A stretch of DNA of 64,000 nucleotides, taken from positions 9,548,001-9,612,000 of the forward strand of contig OZ059898.1 of NCBI GenBank assembly GCA_964057225.1, in the 5' to 3' direction. The first letter of the stretch is position 1; every line of letters starts with the position of its first letter. Shown here piece by piece: positions 30,001 to 45,000 of this stretch. The notes beneath the pieces were generated by a model. That model was not told the origin of the DNA, made no database searches, and was given only the letters and a program-made list of their open reading frames with translations. Source of the stretch: Auanema rhodensis. Its lineage: Eukaryota > Animalia > Nematoda. Both the position numbers and the translations under genes were made by a program.

Positions 30001-33000
30001 AGTTTAGCTCTCTCGGTTATTATCTGATTGTCGGCTAAAGTATGGTAACAGTTTTCATTAAAAGTTTCCATGATTATGATTAAACAAAGAAAAAAGATTC
30101 AAAGAGAAACAATTCTTGTTTATTTATTTCATTATAATACTTGAAATTTCAAAAACAGTAGAATAAAATGAGAAAGCGACAAAAACAGTTGAATGAATTG
30201 AAGACAATTGTAAGTTTTAGAAAATAATTAAAGTTTAGCTCTCTCTACTATTAACTGATTGTCGGCTAAATTATGGTAACAGATTTTATTAAAAGTTTCC
30301 ATGACTATGATTAAACAAAGAAAAAAGAATCAAAGAGGAACACTTCTTGTTTACTTATTTGATTATAATACTTGAAATTCCGAAAACAGTAGAATAAAAT
30401 GAAGAAAGCGACAAAAACTGTTGAACGATTTAAAGAAAATTGTAAGTATTAGAAAAGAATTAAAGTTTAGCTCTCTCTACTATTAACTGATTGTCGGTTG
30501 AATTATGGTAACAGTTTTTATTAAAAGTTTCCATGATTATGATTAAACAAAGAAAAAAGAATCAAAAGAGTCACTTCTTGTTTATTTATTTGATTATAAA
30601 ACTTGAAATTCCAAAAACAGTAGAATAAAATTGAGAAAGCGACAAAAACTGTTGAACGATTTAAAGAAAATTGTAAGTATTAGAAAAGAAATAAAGTTTA
30701 GCTCTCTCTACTATTAACTGATTGTCGACTAAAATATGGTAACAGTTTTCATTAAAAGTTTCCATGATTATGATTAAACAAAGAAAAAAGAATCAAAGAG
30801 AAACACTTCTTGTTTACTTATTTGATTATAAAACTTGAAATTTCAAAAACAGTAGAATAAAATGAGAAAGCGACAAAAACAGTTGAACGATTTGAAGACA
30901 ATTGTAAGTTTTAGAAAAGAAATAAAGTTTAGCTCTCTCGGTTATTATCTGATTGTCGGCTAAACTATGGTAACAGTTTTTATTAAACGTTTCCATGATT
31001 ATGATTAAACAAAGAAAAAAGAATCAAAAGAATCACTTCTTGTTTACTTATTTGAATATAATACTTGAAATTCCAAAAACAGTAGAATAAAATTGAGAAA
31101 GCGACGAAAAAAGTTGAACGATTTGAAGAGAATTGTAAGTTTTAGAAAAGAATTAAAGTTCAGCTATCTCTACTATTAACTGATTATCGGCTAAAATAAG
31201 GTAACAGTTTTTATTGAAAGTTTCCATGATTAAGATTAAACAAAGAAAAAAATCAAAGAGAAACACTTCTTGTTTACTTACTTGATTATAATACTTAAAA
31301 TTCCAAAAACAGTAAAATAAAATTGAAAAAGCGACAAAAACAGTTGAACGATTTGAAGACAATTGTAAGTTTTAGAAAAGAAATAAAGTTTAGCTCTCTC
31401 GGTTATTATCTGATTGTCGACTAAAATATGGTAACAGTTTTCATTAAAAGTTTCCATGATTATGATTAAACAAAGAAAAAAGAATCAAAGAGAAACACTT
31501 CTTGTTTACTTATTTGATTATAATACTTGAAATTTCGAAAACAGTAGAATAAAATTGAGAAAGCGACATAAACAGTTGAACGATTTGAAGACAATTGTAA
31601 GTTTTAGAAAAGAAATAAAGTTTAGCTCTCTCGGTTATTATCTGATTGTCGGCTAAAGTATGGTAACAGTTAGATTCAAAGAGAAACAATTCTTGTTTAT
31701 TTATTTGATTATAATACTTGAAATTTCAAAAACAGTAGAATAAAATTGAGAAAGCGACAAAAACTGTTGAACGATTTGAAGAAAATTGTAAGTATTAGAA
31801 AAGAATTAAAGTTTAGCTTTCTCTTTTGATATCTGATTGTCGGCTAAAGTATGGTAACAGTTTTTATTAAAAGTTTCCATGATTATGATTAAACAAAGAA
31901 AAAAGAATCAAAAGAATCACTTCTTGTTTACTTATTTGAATATAATACTTGAAATTTCAAAAACAGTAGAATAAAATGAGAAAGCGACATAAACAGTTGA
32001 ACGATTTGAAGAGAATTGTAAGTTTTAGAAAATAATTAAAGTTTAGCTCTCTCTACTATTAACTGATTGTCGGCTAAAGTATGGTAACAGTTTTTATTAA
32101 AAGTTTCCATGATTATGATTAAACAAAGAAAAAAGAATCAAAGAGAAACAATTCTTGTTTATTTATTTGATTATAATACTCGAAATTTCAAAAACAGTAG
32201 AATAAAATGAGAAAGCGACAAAAACAGTTGAACGATTTGAAGACAATTGTAAGTTTTAGAAAAGAAATAAAGTTTAGCTCTCTCGGTTATTATCTGATTG
32301 TCGGCTAAACTATGGTAACAGTTTTTATTAAACGTTTCCATGATTATGATTAAACAAAGAAAAAAGAATCAAAAGAATCACTTCTTGTTTACTTATTTGA
32401 ATATAATACTTGAAATTCCAAAAACAGTAGAATAAAATTGAGAAAGCGACATAAACAGTTGAACGATTTGAAGACAATTGTAAGTTTTAGAAAAGAAATA
32501 AAGTTTAGCTCTCTCGGTTATTATCTGATTGTCGGCTAAAGTATGGTAACAGTTTTCATTAAAAGTTTCCATGATTATGATTAAACAAAGAAAAAAGATT
32601 CAAAGAGAAACAATTCTTGTTTATTTATTTCATTATAATACTTGAAATTTCAAAAACAGTAGAATAAAATGAGAAAGCGACAAAAACAGTTGAATGAATT
32701 GAAGACAATTGTAAGTTTTAGAAAATAATTAAAGTTTAGCTCTCTCTACTATTAACTGATTGTCGGCTAAATTATGGTAACAGATTTTATTAAAAGTTTC
32801 CATGACTATGATTAAACAAAGAAAAAAGAATCAAAGAGGAACACTTCTTGTTTACTTATTTGATTATAATACTTGAAATTCCGAAAACAGTAGAATAAAA
32901 TGAAGAAAGCGACAAAAACTGTTGAACGATTTAAAGAAAATTGTAAGTATTAGAAAAGAATTAAAGTTTAGCTCTCTCTACTATTAACTGATTGTCGGTT

Positions 33001-36000
33001 GAATTATGGTAACAGTTTTTATTAAAAGTTTCCATGATTATGATTAAACAAAGAAAAAAGAATCAAAAGAGTCACTTCTTGTTTATTTATTTGATTATAA
33101 AACTTGAAATTCCAAAAACAGTAGAATAAAATTGAGAAAGCGACAAAAACTGTTGAACGATTTAAAGAAAATTGTAAGTATTAGAAAAGAAATAAAGTTT
33201 AGCTCTCTCTACTATTAACTGATTGTCGACTAAAATATGGTAACAGTTTTCATTAAAAGTTTCCATGATTATGATTAAACAAAGAAAAAAGAATCAAAGA
33301 GAAACACTTCTTGTTCACTTATTTGATTATAAAACTTGAAATTTCAAAAACAGTAGAATAAAATGAGAAAGCGACAAAAACAGTTGAACGATTTGAAGAC
33401 AATTGTAAGTTTTAGAAAAGAAATAAAGTTTAGCTCTCTCGGTTATTATCTGATTGTCGGCTAAACTATGGTAACAGTTTTTATTAAACGTTTCCATGAT
33501 TATGATTAAACAAAGAAAAAAGAATCAAAAGAATCACTTCTTGTTTACTTATTTGAATATAATACTTGAAATTCCAAAAACAGTAGAATAAAATTGAGAA
33601 AGCGACATAAACAGTTGAACGATTTGAAGACAATTGTAAGTTTTAGAAAAGAAATAAAGTTTAGCTCTCTCGGTTATTATCTGATTGTCGGCTAAAGTAT
33701 GGTAACAGTTTTCATTAAAAGTTTCCATGATTATGATTAAACAAAGAAAAAAGATTCAAAGAGAAACAATTCTTGTTTATTTATTTCATTATAATACTTG
33801 AAATTTCAAAAACAGTAGAATAAAATGAGAAAGCGACAAAAACAGTTGAATGAATTGAAGACAATTGTAAGTTTTAGAAAATAATTAAAGTTTAGCTCTC
33901 TCTACTATTAACTGATTGTCGGCTAAATTATGGTAACAGTTTTTATTAAAAGTTTCCATGATTATGATTAAACAAAGAAAAAAGATTCATAGAGAAACAA
34001 TTCTTGTTTATTTATTTGATTATAATACTTGAAATTTCAAAAACAGTAGAATAAAATGAGAAAGCGACAAAAACAGTTGAATGAATTGAAGACAATTGTA
34101 AGTTTTAGAAAATAATTAAAGTTTAGCTCTCTCTACTATTAACTGATTGTCGGCTAAATTATGGTAACAGATTTTATTAAAAGTTTCCATGACTATGATT
34201 AAACAAAGAAAAAAGAATCAAAGAGGAACACTTCTTGTTTACTTATTTGATTATAATACTTGAAATTCCGAAAACAGTAGAATAAAATGAAGAAAGCGAC
34301 AAAAACTGTTGAACGATTTAAAGAAAATTGTAAGTATTAGAAACGAATTAAAGTTTAGCTCTCTCTACTATTAACTGATTGTCGGTTGAATTATGGTAAC
34401 AGTTTTTATTAAAAGTTTCCATGATTATGATTAAACAAAGAAAAAAGAATCAAAAGATTCACTTCTTGTTTATTTATTTGATTATAAAACTTGAAATTCC
34501 AAAAACAGTAGAATAAAATTGAGAAAGCGACAAAAACTGTTGAACGATTTAAAGAAAATTGTAAGTATTAGAAAAGAAATAAAGTTTAGCTCTCTCGGTT
34601 ATTATCTGACTGTCGGCTAAACTATGGTAACAGTTTGTATTAAAAGTTTCCATGATTATGATTAAACAAAGAAAAAAGAATCAAAAGAATCACTTCTTAA
34701 TTACTTATTTGAATATAATACTTGAAATTCCAAAAACAGTAGAATAAAATTGAGAAAGCGACATAAACAGTTGAACGATTTGAAGAGAATTGTAAGTTTT
34801 AGAAAATAATTAAAGTTTAGCTCTCTCTACTATTAACTGATTGTCGGCTAAATTATGGTAACAGTTTTTATTGAAAGTTTCCATGATTATGATTAAACAA
34901 AGAAAAAAGAAACAAAGAGAAACACTTCTTAATTACTTATTTGATTATAATACTCGAAATTTCAAAAACAGTAGAATAAAAATGAGAAAGCGACAAAAAC
35001 AGTTGAATGACTTGAAGACAATTGTAAGTTTTAGAAAATAATTAAAGTTTAGCTCTCTCTACTATTAACTGATTGTCGGCTAAATTATGGTAACAGTTTT
35101 TATTGAAAGTTTCCATGATTATGATTAAACAAAGAAAAAAGAAACAAAGAGAAACACTTCTTGTTTACTTATTTGATTATAATACTTGAAATTCCGAAAA
35201 CAGTAGAATAAAATTGAGAAAGCGACAAAAACTGTTGAACGATTTAAAGAAAATTGTAAGTATTAGAAAAGAAATAAAGTTTAGCTCTCTCTGTTGATAT
35301 CTGATTGTCGGCTACAGTATGGTAACAGTTTTTATTGAAAGTTTCCGTGATTAAGATTGAACAAAGTAAAAAAAATCAAAGAGAAACACTTCTTGTTTAC
35401 TTACTTGATTATAATACTTGAAATTCGAAAAAAAGTAAAAAACAATTGAGAATGCGACATAAACAGTTCAACGATTTGAAGAGAATTGTAAGTTTTAGAA
35501 AAGAATTAAAGTTCAGCTATCTCTACTATTAACTGATTATCGGCTAAAATAAGGTAACAGTTTTTATTGAAAGTTTCCGTGATTAAGATTGAACAAAGTA
35601 AAAAAAATCAAAGAGAAACACTTCTTGTTTCCTAATTTGATTATAATACTTGAAATTCCAAAAAAAGTAGAATAAAATAGAGAAAGCGACGAGAAAAGTT
35701 GAACGATTTGAAGAGAATTGTAAGTTTTAGAAAAGAATTAAAGTTCAGCTATCTCTACTATTAACTGATTATCGGCTAAAATAAGGTAACAGTTTTTATT
35801 GAAAGTTTCCATGATTATGATTAAACAAAGAAAAAAGAATCAAAGAGAAACACTTCTTGATTACTTATTTGATTATAATACTTGAAATTCCGAAAACAGT
35901 AGAATAAAATGAGAAAGCGACAAAAACAGTTGAATGAATTGAAGACAATTGTAAGTTTTAGAAAAGAATTAAAGTTTAGCTTTCTCTGTTGATATCTGAT

Positions 36001-39000
36001 TGTCGGCTAAAGTATGGTAACAGTTTTTATTAAAAGTTTCCATGATTTTGATTAAACAAAGAAAAAAGAATCAAAAGAATCACTTCTTGTTTACTTATTT
36101 GAATATAATACTTGAAATTCCAAAAACAGTAGAATAAAATTGAGAAAGCGACATAAACAGTTGAACGATTTGAAGACAATTGTAAGTTTTAGAAAAGAAA
36201 TAAAGTTTAGCTCTCTCGGTTATTATCTGATTGTCGGCTAAAGTATGGTAACAGTTTTCATTAAAAGTTTCCATGATTATGATTAAACAAAGAAAAAAGA
36301 TTCAAAGAGAAACAATTCTTGTTTATTTATTTCATTATAATACTTGAAATTTCAAAAACAGTAGAATAAAATGAGAAAGCGACAAAAACAGTTGAATGAA
36401 TTGAAGACAATTGTAAGTTTTAGAAAATAATTAAAGTTTAGCTCTCTCTACTATTAACTGATTGTCGGCTAAATTATGGTAACAGTTTTTATTAAAAGTT
36501 TCCATGATTATGATTAAACAAAGAAAAAAGATTCATAGAGAAACAATTCTTGTTTATTTATTTGATTATAATACTTGAAATTTCAAAAACAGTAGAATAA
36601 AATGAGAAAGCGACAAAAACAGTTGAATGAATTGAAGACAATTGTAAGTTTTAGAAAATAATTAAAGTTTAGCTCTCTCTACTATTAACTGATTGTCGGC
36701 TAAATTATGGTAACAGATTTTATTAAAAGTTTCCATGACTATGATTAAACAAAGAAAAAAGAATCAAAGAGGAACACTTCTTGTTTACTTATTTGATTAT
36801 AATACTTGAAATTCCGAAAACAGTAGAATAAAATGAAGAAAGCGACAAAAACTGTTGAACGATTTAAAGAAAATTGTAAGTATTAGAAACGAATTAAAGT
36901 TTAGCTCTCTCTACTATTAACTGATTGTCGGTCGAATTATGGTAACAGTTTTTATTAAAAGTTTCCATGATTATGATTAAACAAAGAAAAAAAAATCAAA
37001 AGAGTCACTTCTTGTTTATTTATTTGATTATAAAACTTGAAATTCCAAAAACAGTAGAATAAAATTCAGAAAGCGACAAAAACTGTTGAACGATTTAAAG
37101 AAAATTGTAAGTATTAGAAAAGAAATAAAGTTTAGCTCTCTCGGTTATTATCTGATTGTCGGCTAAACTATGGTAACAGTTTGTATTAAAAGTTTCCATG
37201 ATTATGATTAAACAAAGAAAAAAGAATCAAAAGAATCACTTCTTAATTACTTATTTGAATATAATACTTGAAATTCCAAAAACAGTAGAATAAAATTGAG
37301 AAAGCGACATAAACAGTTGAACGATTTGAAGAGAATTGTAAGTTTTAGAAAATAATTAAAGTTTAGCTCTCTCTACTATTAACTGATTGTCGGCTAAATT
37401 ATGGTAACAGTTTTTATTGAAAGTTTCCATGATTATGATTAAACAAAGAAAAAAGAAACAAAGAGAAACACTTCTTAATTACTTATTTGATTATAATACT
37501 CGAAATTTCAAAAACAGTAGAATAAAAATGAGAAAGCGACAAAAACAGTTGAATGACTTGAAGACAATTGTAAGTTTTAGAAAATAATTAAAGTTTAGCT
37601 CTCTCTACTATTAACTGATTGTCGGCTAAATTATGGTAACAGTTTTTATTGAAAGTTTCCATGATTATGATTAAACAAAGAAAAAAGAAACAAAGAGAAA
37701 CACTTCTTGTTTACTTATTTGATTATAATACTTGAAATTCCGAAAACAGTAGAATAAAATTGAGAAAGCGACAAAAACTGTTGAACGATTTAAAGAAAAT
37801 TGTAAGTATTAGAAAAGAAATAAAGTTTAGCTCTCTCTGTTGATATCTGATTGTCGGCTACAGTATGGTAACAGTTTTTATTGAAAGTTTCCGTGATTAA
37901 GATTGAACAAAGTAAAAAAAATCAAAGAGAAACACTTCTTGTTTACTTACTTGATTATAATACTTGAAATTCGAAAAAAAGTAAAAAACAATTGACAATG
38001 CGACATAAACAGTTCAACGATTTGAAGAGAATTGTAAGTTTTAGAAAATAATTAAAGTTTAGCTCTCTCTACTATTAACTGATTGTCGGCTAAATTATGG
38101 TAACAGATTTTATTAAAAGTTTCCATGACTATGATTAAACAAAGAAAAAAGAATCAAAGAGGAACACTTCTTGTTTACTTATTTGATTATAATACTTGAA
38201 ATTCCGAAAACAGTAGAATAAAATGAAGAAAGCGACAAAAACTGTTGAACGATTTAAAGAAAATTGTAAGTATTAGAAACGAATTAAAGTTCAGCTATCT
38301 CTACTATTAACTGATTATCGGCTAAAATAAGGTAACAGTTTTTATTGAAAGTTTCCGTGATTAAGATTGAACAAAGTAAAAAAAATCAAAGAGAAACACT
38401 TCTTGTTTACTTATTTGATTATAATACTTGAAATTCCGAAAACAGTAGAATAAAATTGAGAAAGCGACAAAAACTGTTGAACGATTTAAAGAAAATTGTA
38501 AGTATTAGAAAAGAAATAAAGTTTAGCTCTCTCTGTTGATATCTGATTGTCGGCTACAGTATGGTAACAGTTTTTATTGAAAGTTTCCGTGATTAAGATT
38601 GAACAAAGTAAAAAAAATCAAAGAGAAACACTTCTTGTTTACTTACTTGATTATAATACTTGAAATTCGAAAAAAAGTAAAAAACAATTGAGAATGCGAC
38701 ATAAACAGTTCAACGATTTGAAGAGAATTGTAAGTTTTAGAAAAGAATTAAAGTTCAGCTATCTCTACTATTAACTGATTATCGGCTAAAATAAGGTAAC
38801 AGTTTTTATTGAAAGTTTCCGTGATTAAGATTGAACAAAGTAAAAAAAATCAAAGAGAAACACTTCTTGTTTCCTAATTTGATTATAATACTTGAAATTC
38901 CAAAAAAAGTAGAATAAAATAGAGAAAGCGACGAGAAAAGTTGAACGATTTGAAGAGAATTGTAAGTTTTAGAAAAGAATTAAAGTTCAGCTATCTCTAC

Positions 39001-42000
39001 TATTAACTGATTATCGGCTAAAATAAGGTAACAGTTTTTATTGAAAGTTTCCATGATTATGATTAAACAAAGAAAAAAGAATCAAAGAGAAACACTTCTT
39101 GATTACTTATTTGATTATAATACTTGAAATTCCGAAAACAGTAGAATAAAATGAGAAAGCGACAAAAACAGTTGAATGAATTGAAGACAATTGTAAGTTT
39201 TAGAAAAGAATTAAAGTTTAGCTTTCTCTGTTGATATCTGATTGTCGGCTAAAGTATGGTAACAGTTTTTATTAAAAGTTTCCATGATTTTGATTAAACA
39301 AAGAAAAAAGAATCAAAAGAATCACTTCTTGTTTACTTATTTGAATATAATACTTGAAATTCCAAAAACAGTAGAATAAAATTGAGAAAGCGACATAAAC
39401 AGTTGAACGATTTGAAGACAATTGTAAGTTTTAGAAAAGAAATAAAGTTTAGCTCTCTCGGTTATTATCTGATTGTCGGCTAAAGTATGGTAACAGTTTT
39501 CATTAAAAGTTTCCATGATTATGATTAAACAAAGAAAAAAGATTCAAAGAGAAACAATTCTTGTTTATTTATTTCATTATAATACTTGAAATTTCAAAAA
39601 CAGTAGAATAAAATGAGAAAGCGACAAAAACAGTTGAATGAATTGAAGACAATTGTAAGTTTTAGAAAATAATTAAAGTTTAGCTCTCTCTACTATTAAC
39701 TGATTGTCGGCTAAATTATGGTAACAGATTTTATTAAAAGTTTCCATGACTATGATTAAACAAAGAAAAAAGAATCAAAGAGGAACACTTCTTGTTTACT
39801 TATTTGATTATAATACTTGAAATTCCGAAAACAGTAGAATAAAATGAAGAAAGCGACAAAAACTGTTGAACGATTTAAAGAAAATTGTAAGTATTAGAAA
39901 CGAATTAAAGTTTAGCTCTCTCTACTATTAACTGATTGTCGGTTGAATTATGGTAACAGTTTTTATTAAAAGTTTCCATGATTATGATTAAACAAAGAAA
40001 AAAGAATCAAAAGAGTCACTTCTTGTTTATTTATTTGATTATAAAACTTGAAATTCCAAAAACAGTAGAATAAAATTGAGAAAGCGACAAAAACTGTTGA
40101 ACGATTTAAAGAAAATTGTAAGTATTAGAAAAGAAATAAAGTTTAGCTCTCTCGGTTATTATCTGATTGTCGGCTAAACTATGGTAACAGTTTGTATTAA
40201 AAGTTTCCATGATTATGATTAAACAAAGAAAAAAGAATCAAAAGAATCACTTCTTAATTACTTATTTGAATATAATACTTGAAATTCCAAAAACAGTAGA
40301 ATAAAATTGAGAAAGCGACATAAACAGTTGAACGATTTGAAGAGAATTGTAAGTTTTAGAAAATAATTAAAGTTTAGCTCTCTCTACTATTAACTGATTG
40401 TCGGCTAAATTATGGTAACAGTTTTTATTGAAAGTTTCCATGATTATGATTAAACAAAGAAAAAAGAAACAAAGAGAAACACTTCTTAATTACTTATTTG
40501 ATTATAATACTCGAAATTTCAAAAACAGTAGAATAAAAATGAGAAAGCGACAAAAACAGTTGAATGACTTGAAGACAATTGTAAGTTTTAGAAAATAATT
40601 AAAGTTTAGCTCTCTCTACTATTAACTGATTGTCGGCTAAATTATGGTAACAGTTTTTATTGAAAGTTTCCATGATTATGATTAAACAAAGAAAAAAGAA
40701 ACAAAGAGAAACACTTCTTGTTTACTTATTTAATTATAATACTTGAAATTCCGAAAACAGTAGAATAAAATTGAGAAAGCGACAAAAACTGTTGAACGAT
40801 TTAAAGAAAATTGTAAGTATTAGAAAAGAAATAAAGTTTAGCTCTCTCTGTTGATATCTGATTGTCGGCTACAGTATGGTAACAGTTTTTATTGAAAGTT
40901 TCCGTGATTAAGATTGAACAAAGTAAAAAAAATCAAAGAGAAACACTTCTTGTTTACTTACTTGATTATAATACTTGAAATTCGAAAAAAAGTAAAAAAC
41001 AATTGAGAATGCGACATAAACAGTTCAACGATTTGAAGAGAATTGTAAGTTTTAGAAAAGAATTAAAGTTCAGCTATCTCTACTATTAACTGATTATCGG
41101 CTAAAATAAGGTAACAGTTTTTATTGAAAGTTTCCGTGATTAAGATTGAACAAAGTAAAAAAAATCAAAGAGAAACACTTCTTGTTTCCTAATTTGATTA
41201 TAATACTTGAAATTCCAAAAAAAGTAGAATAAAATAGAGAAAGCGACGAGAAAAGTTGAACGATTTGAAGAGAATTGTAAGTTTTAGAAAAGAATTAAAG
41301 TTCAGCTATCTCTACTATTAACTGATTATCGGCTAAAATAAGGTAACAGTTTTTATTGAAAGTTTCCATGATTATGATTAAACAAAGAAAAAAGAATCAA
41401 AGAGAAACACTTCTTGATTACTTATTTGATTATAATACTTGAAATTCCGAAAACAGTAGAATAAAATGAGAAAGCGACAAAAACAGTTGAATGAATTGAA
41501 GACAATTGTAAGTTTTAGAAAATAATTAAAGTTTAGCTCTCTCTACTATTAACTGATTGTCGGCTAAATAATGGTAACAGATTTTATTAAAAGTTTCCAT
41601 GATTATGATTAAACAAAGAAAAAAGATTCATAGAGAAACAATTCTTGTTTATTTATTTGATTATAATACTTGAAATTTCAAAAACAGTAGAATAAAATGA
41701 GAAAGCGACAAAAACAGTTGAATGAATTGAAGACAATTGTAAGTTTTAGAAAATAATTAAAGTTTAGCTCTCTCTACTATTAACTGATTGTCGGCTAAAT
41801 TATGGTAACAGATTTTATTAAAAGTTTCCATGATTATGATTAAACAAAGAAAAAAGATTCATAGAGAAACAATTCTTGTTTATTTATTTGATTATAATAC
41901 TTGAAATTTCAAAAACAGTAGAATAAAATGAGAAAGCGACAAAAACAGTTGAATGAATTGAAGACAATTGTAAGTTTTAGAAAATAATTAAAGTTTAGCT

Positions 42001-45000
42001 CTCTCTACTATTAACTGATTGTCGGCTAAATTATGGTAACAGATTTTATTAAAAGTTTCCATGATTATGATTAAACAAAGAAAAAAGATTCAAAGAGAAA
42101 CAATTCTTGTTTATTTATTTGATTATAATACTTGAAATTTCAAAAACAGTAGAATAAAATGAGAAAGCGACAAAAACAGTTGAATGAATTGAAGACAATT
42201 GTAAGTTTTAGAAAATAATTAAAGTTTAGCTCTCTCTACTATTAACTGATTGTCGGCTAAATTATGGTAACAGTTTTTATTAAAAGTTTCCATGATTATG
42301 ATTAAACAAAGAAAAAAGATTCATAGAGAAACAATTCTTGTTTATTTATTTGATTATAATACTTGAAATTTCAAAAACAGTAGAATAAAATGAGAAAGCG
42401 ACAAAAACAGTTGAATGAATTGAAGACAATTGTAAGTTTTAGAAAATAATTAAAGTTTAGCTCTCTCTACTATTAACTGATTGTCGGCTAAATTATGGTA
42501 ACAGATTTTATTAAAAGTTTCCATGATTATGATTAAACAAAGAAAAAAGAATCAAAGAGGAACACTTCTTGTTTACTTATTTGATTATAATACTTGAAAT
42601 TCCGAAAACAGTAGAATAAAATGAAGAAAGCGACAAAAACTGTTGAACGATTTAAAGAAAATTGTAAGTATTAGAAAAGAATTAAAGTTTAGCTCTCTCT
42701 ACTATTAACTGATTGTCGGTTGAATTATGGTAACAGTTTTTATTAAAAGTTTCCATGATTATGATTAAACAAAGAAAAAAGAATCAAAAGAGTCACTTCT
42801 TGTTTATTTATTTGATTATAATACTTGAAATTCCAAAAACAGTAGAATAAAATTGAGAAAGCGACAAAAACTGTTGAACGATTTAAAGAAAATTGTAAGT
42901 ATTAGAAAAGAAATAAAGTTTAGCTCTCTCGGTTATTATCTGATTGTCGGCTAAACTATGGTAACAGTTTGTATTAAAAGTTTCCATGATTATGATTAAA
43001 CAAAGAAAAAAGAATCAAAAGAATCACTTCTTAATTACTTATTTGAATATAATACTTGAAATTCCAAAAACAGTAGAATAAAATTGAGAAAGCGACATAA
43101 ACAGTTGAACGATTTGAAGAGAATTGTAAGTTTTAGAAAATAATTAAAGTTTAGCTCTCTCTACTATTAACTGGTTGTCGGCTAAAGTATGGTAACAGTT
43201 TTTATTAAAAGTTTCCATGATTATGATTAAACAAAGAAAAAAGAATCAAAGAGAAACAATTCTTGTTTATTTATTTGATTATAATACTCGAAATTTCAAA
43301 AACAGTAGAATAAAAATGAGAAAGCGACAAAAACAGTTGAATGACTTGAAGACAATTGTAAGTTTTAGAAAATAATTAAAGTTTAGCTCTCTCTACTATT
43401 AACTGATTGTCGGCTAAATTATGGTAACAGTTTTTATTGAAAGTTTCCATGATTATGATTAAACAAAGAAAAAAGAAACAAAGAGAAACACTTCTTGTTT
43501 ACTTATTTGATTATAATACTTGAAATTCCGAAAACAGTAGAATAAAATTGAGAAAGGGACAAAAACTGTTGAACGATTTAAAGAAAATTGTAAGTATTAG
43601 AAAAGAAATAAAGTTTAGCTCTCTCGGTTATTATCTGATTGTCGGCTAAACTATGGTAACAGTTTTTATTAAACGTTTCCATGATTATGATTAAACAAAG
43701 AAAAAAGAATCAGAAGAATCACTTCTTGTTTACTTATTTGAATATAATACTTGAAATTCCAAAAACAGTAGAATAAAATTGAGAAAGCGACATAAACAGT
43801 TGAACGATTTGAAGAGAATTGTAAGTTTTAGAAAATAATTAAAGTTTAGCTCTCTCTACTATTAACTGGTTGTCGGCTAAAGTGTGGTAACAGTTTTTAT
43901 TGAAAGTTTCCATGATTATGATTAAACAAAGAAAAATGAATCAAAGAGAAACACTTCTTGTTTACTTATTTGATTATAATACTTGAAATTCCGAAAACAG
44001 TAGAATAAAATAGAGACAGCGACTTAAACAGTTGAACGATTTGAAGAGAATTGTAAGTTTTAGAAAAGAATTAAAGTTCAGCTATCTCTACTAGTAACTG
44101 ATTATCGGCTAAAATAAGGTAACAGTTTTTATTAAAAGTTTTCATGATTAGGATTAAACAAAAAAAAGAATCAAAAAGAAACACTTCTTGTTTACTTACT
44201 TGATTATAATACTTGAAATTCGAAAAAAAGTAAAAAACAATTGAGAATGCGACATAAACAGTTCAACGATTTGAAGAGAATTGTAAGTTTTAGAAAAGAA
44301 TTAAAGTTCAGCTATCTCTACTATTAACTGATTATCGGCTAAAATAAGGTAACAGTTTTTATTGAAAGTTTCCGTGATTAAGATTGAACAAAGTAAAAAA
44401 AATCAAAGAGAAACACTTCTTGTTTACTAATTTGATTATAATACTTGAAATTCGAAAAAAAGTAAAAAACAATTGAGAAAGCGACATAAACAGTTGAACG
44501 ATTTGAAGAGAATTGTAAGTATTAGAAAAGAATTAAAGTTTAGCTTTCTCTGTTGATATCTGATTGTCGGCTACAGTATGGTAACAGTTTTTATTAAAAG
44601 TTTCCATGATTATGATTAAACAAAGAAAAAAGAATCAAAAGAATCACTTCTTGTTTATTTATTTGATTATAATACTTGAAATTCCGAAAACAGTAGAATA
44701 AAATAGAGACAGCGACTTAAACAGTTGAACGATTTGAAGAGAATTGTAAGTTTTAGAAAAGAATTAAAGTTCAGCTATCTCTACTAGTAACTGATTATCG
44801 GCTAAAATAAGGTAACAGTTTTTATTGAAAGTTTCCGTGATTAAGATTGAACAAAGTAAAAAAAATCAAAGAGAAACACTTCTTGTTTACTTACTTGATT
44901 ATAATACTTGAAATTCAAAAAAAAGTAAAAAACAATTGAGAATGCGACATAAACAGTTCAACGATTTGAAGAGAATTGTAAGTTTTAGAAAAGAATTAAA

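Noticed and set aside
1719-31362. Short minus-strand ORFs (METFNK..., 60-80 aa) at 1719, 13060, 17971 and 31153, and the plus-strand ORF at 61616
   Set aside because: Chance open frames in satellite monomers. Most monomers have stops at the same place and there is no protein-like signature.
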